Assembly (NCBI GenBank): GCA_950097015.1
Contig: CATNEN010000001.1
Coordinates: 7,254,001-7,318,000, forward strand
Direction of reading: 5' to 3'
Length of the DNA: 64,000 nucleotides
Origin: Macrostomum hystrix
Taxonomy: Eukaryota; Animalia; Platyhelminthes
Under the pieces are notes generated by a model. It was given only the letters and a program-made list of their open reading frames with translations, searched no databases and had not been told where the DNA came from. The translations under genes and the position numbers were made by a program. Position 1 is the first letter of the stretch. Each line of letters begins with the position of its first letter. Of the stretch, positions 23,641 to 37,009 are shown in pieces.

Positions 23641-25733
23641 TAGGCCTAATTTAAATTAAAATTTTAGATTGTCTAATTTAAAAAGGTCTTATTTAAAAAT
23701 AGTATAATTAGCAAACTGTTGTGACTCTAAGCCCTTAACAATGCTTGGCCTACGCCTAGGTCTTGTTTGGGTTGCATACACACACTTAGCTTGTAGCTTC
23801 AGCTTGCTAGTATTTAATTCATTGCACCTTGAATAGGTAGCTGACTGTATATGAGCAGTCACTTAAATACTAGTCCTAGCTGCCTAGACTCTAGGCCTAA
23901 ATATCATCATAATTTTAAACATAAACTCCAAACATAATTTGGCTTATGTTTAAGTCCTATGGCTTATTATAGGTATGCAATTTATTGCTCATTTATTGAT
24001 AGGCCTAGGGCAATAACATAAGTAGTAGGCCTTGAGGGCCTATTTGTATTTTTTGTAGCAACTATATTCTAGAAAAAAGTTAACTATATATAGCGCCTAA
24101 TAATAGATATTTACAAATTAACAACATAATTACTTGTCTTAGGTATAGGCCTATTTATGATATATTTTTTTTACAGAAGGCTGAGAGCCTAAGACTTTTT
24201 AGTAAAGACATTAATAAGTATTTTAAACATTCATTTTGATTTAATGAATAGGCCTTTAAACTGATATAGGAAGTCCATTGTAAAAAACTAATGGCTGTGG
24301 ATTAGAGCACTATGAATCAGTAAAAGGCATTAAGCATAGCAGATGTATATCTAGGCGTCCATATTCAAGAAATTTGCTTTTATTATTTAGGGCATTTTTG
24401 GGCAGAAATTTAAAGTTTTCCGAAGTATCAGCATAGATTTTAAAAGTGGTAAAAGCAACAGGGCAGAAAAATATGCAATACTCATAGGTGGGTTTAGGAA
24501 CAATCACATTTGTGATAGTGCACTCCTCAATACACAAGACAGTGTATGCAGTTTGAACAAAATTGATTAGATGAGGGGCCTACAAAATGATCAAATTAGC
24601 AGGATAAGACTGCTAAGGTGCATAGCAATGTGCCAGATCCTTTCATGGTGCAACCAAGTCTGAAGAGTGACAGCAGATTAGACCTCTATGCACATTCTTG
24701 TAATTCTCTTTCTTGATACCAGAGACACCAGTGGTATAGAATTTTGCCTCAATTAGTGACTCACATGACAACACACAATAAGGTCCTTGCAACTATCATG
24801 GAAAACAGCTACATCTTACAAAGGCAGACACCTTCAATTGCAATAGAAACCAATTGCAATTGCAATACAAATAAAAATTGTCTTGAGATCTAGTAGAGGC
24901 ACATAAAGGGCCACACATATAATGATATAATCACATAATATAATATTTTGTCAGATTATAATTTGAGCATCTACACTCTACAGAGCACAGGTGGCAAGAA
25001 CTGCAAACACTTATAAGCGCATTCATGTGTTCTGCTTGTAGAAAAAATGCACCTAATAGACAATATTTAATTTATTTATCTTTATTAATCCAAAAATAAA
25101 TTAAACCAAAAGATCACAGCAACTTGTATATTGTAAGCTTTGATACATTGACAAAAATGTGTCATAACTATACGTGTACCCAAATTCAAGCCCTAAACAT
25201 TTTCGGTTTTAATTATTTTTATTTTTTTAATTATTTGGTTTTTCACAGCTTCATGTGAGCTGCCTATTTAGGTATTCCTTTATAATGAGGCCTAAGATCT
25301 TAATAATAGTACAAAAAAGGCTAAAAACCCAATATTGACCAGCTTTAAATACTTGAATTGGTTCATTGACCATAGTGCATGAAGTGTCTTATCTGAATTA
25401 TTGGGTCTCTGGATCAGGTCAATAGAGCTTATAGGACATGTCAACTATAGAAGTTAACAAGAGATGCTTTATAGCACAGTATATTTCCAAGGAATAAAAA
25501 GTTTCTAGTTCACTATTTGAGAAATTCAGTAAAATTCGTAGCCTAAGTTAACTTTTATGTTCTAGCAAAGAAGTATTAGTTTCATTGAAAATGGTTAACT
25601 AAACAAGTTTGCAAGATTTATTGCTATATTGCAAATTTATGAAATAAACATTACTTATTCTTTTCAATTTTATTGCAGCAAAGGTCAACAAAATTGTAAA
25701 ATTTAACAAATAAATATATTTAAATACAATACA

Positions 25734-28700
25734 ATGGCAACGGCAAAAGACATTGTACCGGTACCAGAGCAGCATTCGTCTTTGGCTGCAGACATAATGG
25801 AAGAGCCTCTTAGAAAACGACTGCGTAGATCTGCCGACTTAGTATCATCTGATGCCAATGATGCTGTCGCTTCAACGAATGGCAAAGACAATCCAGACGA
25901 TAGCATGTCTGGCCTAGGTCCGCCAGTTAAGGATGACACTCTGGGCTCTTTGCTGTCTCCCGCCGAAGCTTATTCTAGGAAACGGCGAACACCAGGTAGA
26001 GATCAGGCCATAGAGCAGCAGCATCTCGCTCCAGGGCCATCAGAGACCGGCGCCGGTGGTATGGCCCGCCTGAGGCGCCAATCGCGCACACCGGAGGGTC
26101 GAGACGGCGGACGCGACGGAGTCAAAGATGGTCGGGCCGAGAGACGATTCGCCAAAGCTCAAGAGCTGGCTGCCACTGAGGCAAACTATGTTAGAATTTT
26201 GCAGGTAAGGCTACTTGCTATTTTGTGTTGATGAATTTACACCTGAATTACCACCCAGGAAAAATAATCATAAACTAATATAGACACTCAGAATCCTATC
26301 TGGACCGCAAATAATCTGTACACCCCACATCTCATCTGTACACCTCACATCCCATCTGTACACCCCACATCCCATCTGTACACCCCACATCCCATCTAGA
26401 CACCCCACATTCCAGCTAGACACCCCAAATCCCATCTGGACACCCCACATTCCAGCTAGACACCCCAAATCCCATCTGGACACCCCACATCCCATCTGGA
26501 CACCCCACATCCCATCTGGACACCCCAAATCTCATCTGTACACCCCACATCCCATCTGTACACCCCACATCCCATCTAGACACCCCACATCCCATCTGTA
26601 CACCCCACATCCCATCTGTACACCTCACATCCCATCTGTACACCCCACATCCCATCTAGACACCCCACATCTCATCTAGACACCCCACATTCCAGCTAGA
26701 CACCCCACATCCCATCTAGACACCCCACATCCCATCTAGACACCCCACGTCCCATCTAGACACCCCACATCCCATCTAGACACCCCACATCCCATCTAGA
26801 CACCCCACATCCCATCTAGACACCCCACATCCCATCTAGACACCCCACATTCCAGCTAGACACCCACTCTCATCTAGACACCACACATCCCATCTGGACA
26901 CCCCACATCCCATCTAGACACCCCACATTCCAGCTAGACACCCACTCTCATCTAGACACCCAACATCCTATCTGGACACCCCACATCCCATCTAGACACC
27001 CCACATCCCATCTAGACACCCGACATTCCAGCTAGACACCCCACATCCCATCTAGACACGCCACATCCCATCTAGACACCCCACATTCCAGCTAGACACC
27101 CACTCTCATCTAGACACCACACATCCCATCTGGACACCCCACATCCCATCTAGACACCCCACATTCCAGCTAGACACCCACTCTCATCTAGACATCCCAC
27201 ATCCCATCTGTACAATCAACATCCTATCTGTACAATCAACATCCCATCTGTACACTCCACATCCAACCTGTACAACCCACATCCAATCTGTACACCCCAC
27301 ATCCCATCTGTACACCCCACATCCCATCTAGACACCCACTCTTATCTAGACACCCCACATCCAATCTGTACAATCAACATCCATCTGTACACTCCACATC
27401 CAACCTGTACAACCCACATCCAATCTGTACACCCCACATCCCATCTGTACAATCCACATCCCATCTGTACACCCCACATTCCATCTGTACATCCCACATC
27501 CTACTGGAACAACCCACATCCCATCTGTACACCCGCATTGCATTCCGCCCAGGTAATTGTCAATGTAATCCGGTCAGAAGTAGCGGAACTATTGCCGCCA
27601 AAAGCGACGGACTTGATTTTCACCGGCCTGGCGCCAATCTATGAGCTGCATCGCGACATCGAAGCCGAGCTCAGGGCTGCTATCACCAACTGGGACGGCG
27701 CCAGTACTACAGTGGGCAGCGTGTTCGCCTCCAGAGCCGATCGTCTTAGTCAGCTCTATCCGCCGTTTGTCAACTTTTTCAATCAGGCCAAAGAGGAACT
27801 GGCGAGATGGGAGAAAAGGTGTCCGAGATTTCGGGCCTACCTGCGCCAGTGTCGGGCTAGGCCGGAGTGCCTTCGCCAGTCTTTGGGCGACCTCATGATT
27901 CGGCCTGTACAGAGGCTGCCGTCTGTGACACTGATTCTAGCTGATCTACTCAAGTATACAGGTGAGTAAGGCGTTCTTTATTTACAATTAGTTTTTTAGA
28001 GTTTCGGATTTTCGCTTTGAGCATTAAAATCCGGCGGATCTAAAATTCAAATGCCAAATATGTGAATGTGATTACTCAAAACGACACGTAAGAATTAGAT
28101 TCCTATAATCTAAAATGTAAATATTAATATCAATAGAAGGAAGCTCAGATATTCTTACAAAATGCTAATAATCCTGGGAGAAAAAGTAATCCGAATCCTA
28201 GGAGAATAAGTAATCCGAATCCTGGGACTAAAAGTAATCCGAATCCTAGGAGAATAAGTAATCCGAATCCTGGGACTAAAAGTAATCCGAATCCTAGGAG
28301 AATAAGTAATCCGAATCCTGGGACTAAAAGTAATCCGAATCCTAGGAGAATAAGTAATCCGAATCCTGGGACTAAAAGTAATTCAAATACTGGGATTAAA
28401 AGTAATCCAAATACTGGGATAAAAAGCTAGTCTGAATCCTGGGATTAAAAAGAATCCGAATCCTGGGACTAAAAGTAATCCAAATACTGGGATAAAAAGC
28501 TAGTCCGAATCCTGGGATTAAAAAGTAGATTCGAATCCTAGGATAAAAAGTAATTTAAATCCTAGGACAAAAAGAAATCCGCATCCTAGGATAAAAAGAA
28601 ATCCGCATCCGAGGATAAAAAGAAATCCGCATCCTGGGATTAAAAAGGAGATTCGAATTACTAAATAAAAAATTAAATAGATTCGAATAAAATAATAATA

Positions 28701-31700
28701 AAAATTGCAGGAGGGCGATCATTTGGTGTGAACACACACGCACACAGATACTGTACGCAGGCACACCCTCACATGTGTGTACATCTGCCTTGACTTTCTC
28801 ATTGTCAGGCAGTGTACACTCTCACTGTGCCTCGGAGGTTGGCCCCCAAGGGCGTAAATTGCACGACAAGCCCCCAAGCCTTCTCTCCGCGGCTGCGCCC
28901 CCCAATAAATGTGGCCTAACCGTCGAATCGAACTTAGGGACCTTGGTGAGGGAGGCAAACGCGTTAACCGCTCTGCCACCGACCCCCCATCAAGGTAACA
29001 TTGTTGATATGCGTCTTTACTGGGAGGTTCAGATCTCGGTCTTAGATCGTGCGATTACAAGTTAACCATCACAGAATCTAGCCAACTATGATACGCTTCT
29101 GCATAATTTTGTAAAATTCTAAAATTCAGGATTTTCTAAATTCAGTGATCTCTCAAATAGAATACTGTCAGTAGTCTTCGTAGGTAGTTTTCTTATAATT
29201 CTAAACGCACATATTTTTCAAAACCTCAGGCGAAGACTCGCCAGACTACGCCTGTCTGCAGCGAGCTCTGTCCTCTGTCCGCCGAGTGTTGGAGCACATT
29301 AACGAGGAGAAACGAACCACCGACCTGCGCGTTGCTCTGTTCGACGTAATGAACGAAGTAGAGAATTTCCCGCCGTATTTATTGTCGGCTCATCGCAGCA
29401 TTGTGGATCGATTCGATGTCGTTGAAGTTGGCTTGGCTGGCACAGGAATCTGCCGGCCAGGAGCTGCGCTGACTCTGTTTCTGCTCACTGACTACCTGTT
29501 GGTTACGAAGCGCAGGCAGTCGATTAGTTCGTCCGCTTCTAACGCCTCGGGTGGTGGAGGCGGCGGCGTTGTCGGCTCGGGAGCGTCTTGTCATCACAGG
29601 TCTCATCACAGATGTCCTTTATATCTTTGTTAGCCAATTCAGCGTTCCATATCTGCCGAAAATCTTAAACTTTTGGACTTTTGAACTATCAGATTCACAC
29701 ACAAGTTTTTTAACTTAATAGTAATCAAAAAACTTTCGGGAGAGCTCTGGCCAATGGCGCATCATTAAGTAACATTAGACCTGCAGCCAGCGACGAAGTG
29801 ATTCTGCCCATTTCGCTGACTCCTGGGCACACACGCACACAGATACCGTCCGCAGGCACCACACACAGCTGTGTACATCTGCTCCGGCTTTCTCATCGTC
29901 AGGCAGTGTACAATCTCACTGTGCCTTGGAGGTTGGCCCTCAAAGGCGTAAAGCGCACGAAAGCCCTCAAAGCATTCTCTCCGCGGCTGCGCCCCAAATT
30001 TAATTTGGCCTCGCCGCGGAATCGAGCTCAGGGATATTGATGCGAGAGGCAAACGCGTTACGGGGGCGAGTGGGTCAGCGGCTAACGTCGCTGCCTCGCA
30101 CTCCAAAGGACGCTAGTTCGATTCACCCTTCAAGTCACGATTAATTTCGGGACTTGTTGGGAGGTTTGGACAGTAGCGACCGGCGGAGGTGCACCGTATT
30201 TCGTGCAATCAAAGCTTGAAATAATAGCTTCGCTCCTACCTTCTGTGTGCCTGTTCTGCGTTGTGTGAGTTGTGTGCGTTGGCGCTGGGGCGTGAGACCT
30301 TGCGGGGGGTGGCTGGGGGGCGGGTGTACACCGCCGCGCGCTTTCTGGACTTCCGTCAGCGCGATTGGATAAGTGTACACTCATCACCCGGCCCCCCCTG
30401 AGGACTGATTTCTTATCAGCCTTCCGCCCCGGCTTGGTCTGCTATGTGCATGTGGGGCTGGGGTGGGGACACTGCTGCCTATTCTGGGTGCCTCCTGCCC
30501 TCCCCGGCTGGTCTGTGCTGCTGTGTGTGGTGCCTGCTCAGGGGAGGCGGCGCGATGGGCGCTAAGCGCCTAGTTCGCCGGTCTGGGGGCGTGCCGCTCA
30601 GTCGCTTGTGCGACAAGTGCCCCGGGCCCCCCTGCAAATAGATAGAGAGGCAAATGCGTTAGACCGCTCTGCCTCTAACCCCTTAGTTTTCCGATTTGCA
30701 AAATTTCGGATATCCAGAAATTTGTCGCACTTCCCACATCCCTAAGTCTGTCATCAAACCTCTGATCCCCAGGAACTTCCCAGCAACCTTACAATCCAGG
30801 GCCTCCTATCTCCTCTCTCTAGGTCGCCTCGGCCAGGTCACGGCTCCATATCCATTCGCACTCCGTCTGCTACTAAGCCTCTGCGCTATCTCGAACTTCT
30901 GCCATTGAATTCGGTTCGAGCTGTGCACGATATTCGTTCCTCTGCGGCCGATCCAGACGATCGTAGAAGATTATTTGCCATTGAGTGCCGTCTGGCTGAA
31001 GCTGATAACGAGGAGCCAGGTGGTGACGAGGTAAGGCTCTTTAACTAGTCTGTTCCATCCAGCTCGTAATATATAAAAACTTTATATATCTCCTTTTGAA
31101 ACTTGAACTTCTTCGGCGGAACAATAATTAGATGACGAGTTGTTTACTATCAAATTTTTGTGCTTAGTTGCTCCCGCTGTTTACCCGAGCTAGAAGCCTT
31201 AGTCTCTAATTGTTTTTACATTTACCACGTTTTAGGCTGACCCGCCGTGTCAATTCTGCTTTGCCCTGGCTGAACCGCTAGTTGTTAGCGCCACTACTGC
31301 TGGCAGTGGTGGTGGAGGCTCCAACGAAGACTCCAATCTCAACATTGAAGCTTCTACTGAAGCCGCCAGTGGCGCCCGCGATAAAGCCTCAATTCTGCGC
31401 GGCGTCTGCGAACAAATCGGACGCTTGACCTGCTGCGCCAATCCTTTGGACCTATTGCTGACCCACTCCGACCCGGCCGGCTTTCCGCTTGACCTAGTTG
31501 GCCTGTTTGATAGACAGAATCTGTTGAGCGCCAAGGCTCGACGCTTCGGTCGTCGAGTGGTCACTCGGGTGTTGTCGAATCGAACGCCAAGGCGAACCTT
31601 GTCTCGAGCTCTGCTTGCAGCCGCTGCGGCCGCTGCCGCCGGAAATTCTTCTAGTCAGCAACAGCAGCCCCAGTTGGGAAAGTCTGCCAATGCTGGGACG

Positions 31701-34099
31701 GAATCGCCGGCCACAACTGCAAGCCCTATGGCTGCTAAAGAGTCAGCCGATAATGTAGCTACTAATAGTAGTAGCCACTATAGAGAAGCTGATGTTAATA
31801 TGGCCGTGAGTTGCTTCTTATTCTTATTTATGTACTCGTATTTGCTTGTGTCTATGTGAGTGTGCTCATGTGTCTGTATGAGTGTGCTCATGTGTCTGTA
31901 TGAGTGTGCTCATGTGTCTTTATGGGTGTGCTTATGTGTCTATATGAGTGTGCTCATGTGTCTGTATGAGTGTGCTCGTGTCTTTATGAGTGTGCTCATG
32001 TGTCTGCATGAGTGTGCTCATGTGTCTGTATGAGTGTGCTCATGTGTCTTTATGGGTGTGCTCATGTGTCTATATGAGTGTGCTCATGTGTCTGTATAAG
32101 TGTGCTCATGTGTCTGTATGAGTGTGCTCGTGTCTTTATGAGTGTGCTTATGTGTCTGTATGAGTGTGCTCATGTGTCTGTATGAGTGTGCTCATGTGTC
32201 GATGAGTGTGCTCATGTGTCTGTATGAGTGTGCTCATGTGTCTGTATGAGTGTGCTCATGTGTCTGTATGAGTGTGCTCATGTGTCTGTATGAGTGTGCT
32301 CATGTGTCTATGTGAGTGTACTCATGTGTCTGTATGAGTGTACTCATGTGTCTGTATGAGTGTGCTCATGTGTCTGTATGAGTGTGCTCATGTGTCTTTA
32401 TGAGAGTGCTTATGTGTCTGTATGAGTGTGCTCATGTGTCGATGAGTGTGCTAATGTGTCTGTATGAGTGTGCTCGTGTCTTTATGAGTGTGCTCATGTG
32501 TCTGCATGAGTGTGCTCATGTGTCTGTATGAGTGTGCTCATGTGTCTGTATAAGTGTGCTCATGTGTCTGTATGAGTGTGCTCGTGTCTTTATGAGTGTG
32601 CTTATGTGTCTGTATGAGTGTGCTCATGTGTCTTTATGAGTGTGCTCATGTGTCGATGAGTGTGCTCATGTGTCTGTATGAGTGTGCTCATGTGTCTGTA
32701 TGAGTGTGTTCATGTGTCTGTATGAGTGTCCTCATGTGTCTGTATGAGTGTGCTCATGTGTCTTTATGAGTGTGCTCATGTGTCGATGAGTGTGCTCATG
32801 TGTCTGTATGAGTGTGCTCATGTGTCTGTATGAGTGTGCTCATGTGTCTGTATGAGTGTGCTCATGTGTCTTTTTGAGTGTGCTTATGTGTATTGATTAA
32901 ATAGCATTTTTTCTCTTGAAGGACACAGCTGGAACACCTCGTATGACCACTGCGCCACTGGCAGAAAGCAATCAGCAGCAGATTCAACAGCAGCTGTTTA
33001 AAAAGCCAGACAAGCGACCAAAATCTCGACCCAGTAGCTCTCTAATGAGCTCCGTCTGTCGTCTCGGCTGGGTCTCGCTTCGACACAGCGTTGCAGGCGG
33101 GAAAAAATCAACAATTCCAGCTGCTGCTGCTGCCTCTGCTGTCACTGCTTCTAGCTCATCAGCAGTCACAACTACTTCATCTGGGCGTCTAACTAGAAAG
33201 CAACAGCTAGCTAGCAGTGGATCGCTGTCCAGGGTTCTTAGAAAAGTAAATATACTGAAATACTAATTGCCAAACACTTTTCTGAGTAGGACACCTCTTT
33301 ATCAGATTGGAACACACTATTATCTGATTAGAACACTCTCTATCTCGTTAGAACACACTCTTATCTGATTAGAACACATTTACGTAGTTCATGCATGACT
33401 CCCGATATGTATCGAAAAAAATCTCACAATGCTCAGCAGGGCACCGCCATGGACTGCAGCTCAAGCAGCTTGGCTTCCCTAGCTGGCATCGCATCGGGAA
33501 CCTCAAACGAGCCGCACGAAGACGATCCTACGGAGGCGTACGTTGACATTGACGACGATGACGACTACGATCAGGATGATTTTCACCGAAAACGCGAGCA
33601 GCAGTTTGACGCAATGTCCGTCTCTGGCGCCTCGGCTATCGGCGTAGGTCATCGTTCCTCTCGACTGTACGACCAAATGTCTATGGCTAGAGCGTCTACG
33701 GCTACGCTGGCCAATGTCGAGCAGGTAATTGATAGGCGTATTAAATGATGTTTTCCAATGGGTGAAGGAATAGAATGGATTGCTAGTCTAGCCTCCAATG
33801 GGTGAAGGAATAGAATGGATTGCTAGTCTAGCCTCCAATGCTTCATCCCTTATATCCTTCTCAAATCCCATCAGCTTCGCGCCGGATCCCTAAGGGATTC
33901 TTCATCGTCTTCGGCCGCAGCTGGCGGTCTACCAGCCGCAGCCGCCCACGCCTCCTCCAGTCGATTCAGCATCGGCGGTGCCGGCGGCAGCAACGCCGGC
34001 GTTGGCGGCGGTCCCTCGTCATCGTCGCTGGCTTCATCTTCAGCCAAGCGGTTTCGCAAGCACTTCAGCTCTTGGAGCCTCTTCAACAAGGGCAAGTGA
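25734..34099 (+). CDS. ECT2: ECT2/pebble-like RhoGEF (DH-PH); exons approx. 25734-26204, 27553-27961, 29230-~29599, ~30823-31030, 31236-31805, 32922-33245, ~33437-33724, 33875-34099
   Basis: ELAATEANYVRIL; RPECLRQSLGDLMIRPVQRLPSV; HINEEKR..LFDVMNEVENFPPYLLSAHRS; PLRYLELLPLNSVRAVHDIR match the ECT2 DH-PH region; two junctions are uncertain; AATAAA at about 34390. Confidence 0.88.
26315..27540. repeat. 20-bp minisatellite (CACCCCACATCCCATCTAGA/CTGTA) filling ECT2 intron 1
   Basis: About 60 units ending at the acceptor. Confidence 0.95.
28168..28650. repeat. 24/48-bp minisatellite (TAATCCGAATCCTAGGAGAATAAG / TAATCCGAATCCTGGGACTAAAAG)
   Basis: Alternating units in ECT2 intron 2. Confidence 0.85.
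28715..28990 (-). mobile_element. tRNA-derived SINE (family B), copy 1
   Basis: Minus strand GGTGGCAGAGCGGTTAACGCG (A box) and AGTTCGATTCG (B box); body aligns with 29800-30060. Confidence 0.75.
29800..30682 (-). mobile_element. tRNA-derived SINE (family B), copy 2, interrupted by a nested insertion
   Basis: Body 29800-30060; head resumes at 30645-30682 (GCGTTAGACCGCTCTGCC on plus strand). Confidence 0.75.
30061..30644 (+). mobile_element. GC-rich 584-bp tRNA-headed SINE (family C) with 17-bp TSD
   Basis: A box TGGGTCAGCGG, B box AGTTCGATTC, (ATAG)n tail; TSD GAGAGGCAAA(C/T)GCGTTA at 30044-30060 and 30645-30661. Confidence 0.8.
31845..32892. repeat. 22-bp minisatellite (GTATGAGTGTGCTCATGTGTCT) filling an ECT2 intron
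   Basis: About 48 units. Confidence 0.95.
33755..33840. repeat. 40-bp duplication related to the 38-bp array downstream
   Basis: Shared core GAATGGATTGCTAG(T/C)CTAG. Confidence 0.7.
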
Positions 34100-34879
34100 T
34101 GCCGATTGGAATTGTGTAGCAACAAGAAATAGTGTGGCCATTTGCTTATATTTCTACTTGTGAGTAGAGTAGTGAAGCACATGGCATTTTAACCTAAATA
34201 GTTATTCTTTTTTATAGCTTACGAATTAAGTGTTTCTGTCGAGTGTAAAACATGAAGCACGCAATTAACAATGTTGTGGCAATTCACATACTACTCGTAC
34301 TTATGTTAACTTAGTAGCATTTATTGTCGAATTATGGCTCAAAAGTTTTTTTGTATCTCTCTTAATTTATGAGTAATTTGCCACTTGTAAATAAAAGTCA
34401 ACTGATAACTATAAGCGTATTTTTCTATTATCAATATTTTTTCTGTTGAACTTCCACAAAACTAATTTAGCTAACAGGCGAGCTGTTATTACTAAATTCT
34501 ATATTTCTTTGATTGTGCTTTTTGTGCATTTTCGTGTTGTGTTGAGAAGTAGCAACATTTGAGGATCTGTCAAACAAACCCTTTTTGTGTTTTTTCTCTC
34601 TTAACTTACTTTTTATATATGAGTAATTTCATTTCCTGCTCAGTTTCTATGCTACTTATTAACTTTAAGGCCGAAATTCCGACTTTCTGTTAGCGTGCAT
34701 TGGTATGGCTTCAATCAATGTAGCATTTATGTCTGCAATAGTTAACTGTTATGCCACACTAACAGTCATTAATTTTCCTATAGCCAGAATGTAAATGTTA
34801 TTTAAAAGGCTTAAAAACAAATTGTGCATACTTTTTCATTTCTACTCTAGCAAAATGAAGATTGTCTGAAGGGTGGATT

Positions 34880-36470
34880 GCACATTTAGGAATGGATTGC
34901 TAGCCTAGTCCTTCATAACGCATTTAGGAATGGATTGCTAGCCTAGTCCTTCATAACGCATTTAGGAATGGATTGCTAGCCTAGTCCTTCATGGTACATT
35001 TAGGAATGGATTGCTAGCCTAGTCCTTCATAACGCATTTAGGAATGGATTGCTAGCCTAGTCCTTCATAACGCATTTAGGAATGGATTGCTAGCCTAGTC
35101 CTTCATAACGCATTTAGGAATGGATTGCTAGCCTAGTCATTCATTGTACATTATGAATGGATTGCTAGCCTAATCCTTCATTGTACATTTAGGAATGGAT
35201 TGCTAGCCTAGTCCTTCATTGTACATTTAGGAATGGATTGCTAGCCTAGTCCTTCATAACGCATTTAGGAATGGATTGCTAGCCTAGTCATTCATTGTAC
35301 ATTATGAATGGATTGCTAGCCTAATCCTTCATTGTACATTTAGGAATGGATTGCTAGCCTAATCCTTCATTGTACATTTAGGAATGGATTGCTAGCCTAG
35401 TCCTTCATAACGCATTTAGGAATGGATTGCTAGCCTAATCCTTCATTGTACATTTAGGAATGGATTGCTAGCCTAGTCCTTCATAACGCATTTAGGAATG
35501 GATTGCTAGCCTAGTCCTTCATTGTACATTTAGGAATGGATTGCTAGCCTAGTACTTCATTGTACATTTAGGAATGGATTGCTAGCCTAATCCTTCATTG
35601 TACATTTAGGAATGGATTGCTAGCCTAATCCTTCATTGTACATTTAGGAATGGATTGCTAGCCTAATCATTCATTGTACATTTAGGAATGGATTGCTAGC
35701 CTAATCCTTCATGGTACATTTAGGAATGGATTGCTAGCCTAATCCTTCATGGTACATTTAGGAATGGATTGCTAGCCTAATCCTTCATGGTACATTTAGG
35801 AATGGATTGCTAGCCTAATCCTTCATGGTACATTTAGGAATGGATTGCTAGCCTAGTCATTCATTGTACATTTAGGAATGGATTGCTAGCCTAATCCTTC
35901 ATGGTACATTTAGGAATGGATTGCTAGCCTAATCCTTCATTGTACATTTAGGAATGGATTGCTAGCCTAATCCTTCATTGTACATTTAGGAATGGATTGC
36001 TAGCCTAATCCTTCATTGTACATTTAGGAATGGATTGCTAGCCTAATCATTCATTGTACATTTAGGAATGGATTGCTAGCCTAATCCTTCATTGTACATT
36101 TAGGAATGGATTGCTAGCCTAATCCTTCATTGTACATTTAGGAATGGATTGCTAGCCTAGTCCTTCATCACGCATTTAGGAATGGATTGCTAGCCTAGTC
36201 CTTCATCACGCATTTAGGAATGGATTGCTAGCCTAGTCCTTCATCACGCATTTAGGAATGGATTGCTAGCCTAGTCCTTCATCACGCATTTAGGAATGGA
36301 TTGCTAGCCTAATCCTTCATTGTACATTTAGGAATGGATTGCTAGCCTAGTCCTTCATTGTACATTTAGGAATGGATTGCTAGCCTAGTCCTTCATAACG
36401 CATTTAGGAATGGATTGCTAGCCTAGTCCTTCATTGTACATTTAGGAATGGATTGCTAGCCTAATCCTTA
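34880..36470. repeat. 38-bp minisatellite (CATTTAGGAATGGATTGCTAGCCTAGTCCTTCATTGTA)
   Basis: About 42 units, intergenic. Confidence 0.95.
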
Positions 36471-37009
36471 TTTTGCTTCTTTGTGCTGTGCTTTCTGTAT
36501 TAGCTGTACGCGACTTAATGCAGGCAAAGTAACGACGGTAAGCAACTTAAATGATGCTCAGTTTGACACAGTGAAACCTATAGTTTATGACAATCTAGGC
36601 AAAACGGAAAGTTTTATGAGTAGGCGGGGCAGGATCAACTCAACAATTGCAAAATCCTATTTTTTGGTACGCATTCTCTACCTATACATTAATTAACCTG
36701 AGATCTATTTTGCAAGTATATAATAGACAACCCCTTTAAGTCCACTCGACACCCTTTGTGTTTCATCTGATTGATTTTCAATTGACAGTTGCCCAAATAG
36801 ACACTTGACAGTGCTAGCGGTGATGTTGCGAAAAGAATTTGATTTGCCAGTGCGTCATTGACCCTTTTGGTGCAAAAAAAGTATTGCTTTTCGGGAAAAA
36901 GGGAGAAAGCAATGCAAACTCAGAGGCCTTATTCGGCTCAAGTTCCTTCTGATTCTCACGACTGTTGCGACTGTTCTGTCTAAACTAATTATGCACGACG
37001 TGAGGAGAA

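Noticed and set aside
34880-36470. CRISPR-like regular repeats here and in other arrays
   Set aside because: Head-to-tail units without unique spacers, no cas genes, eukaryotic context
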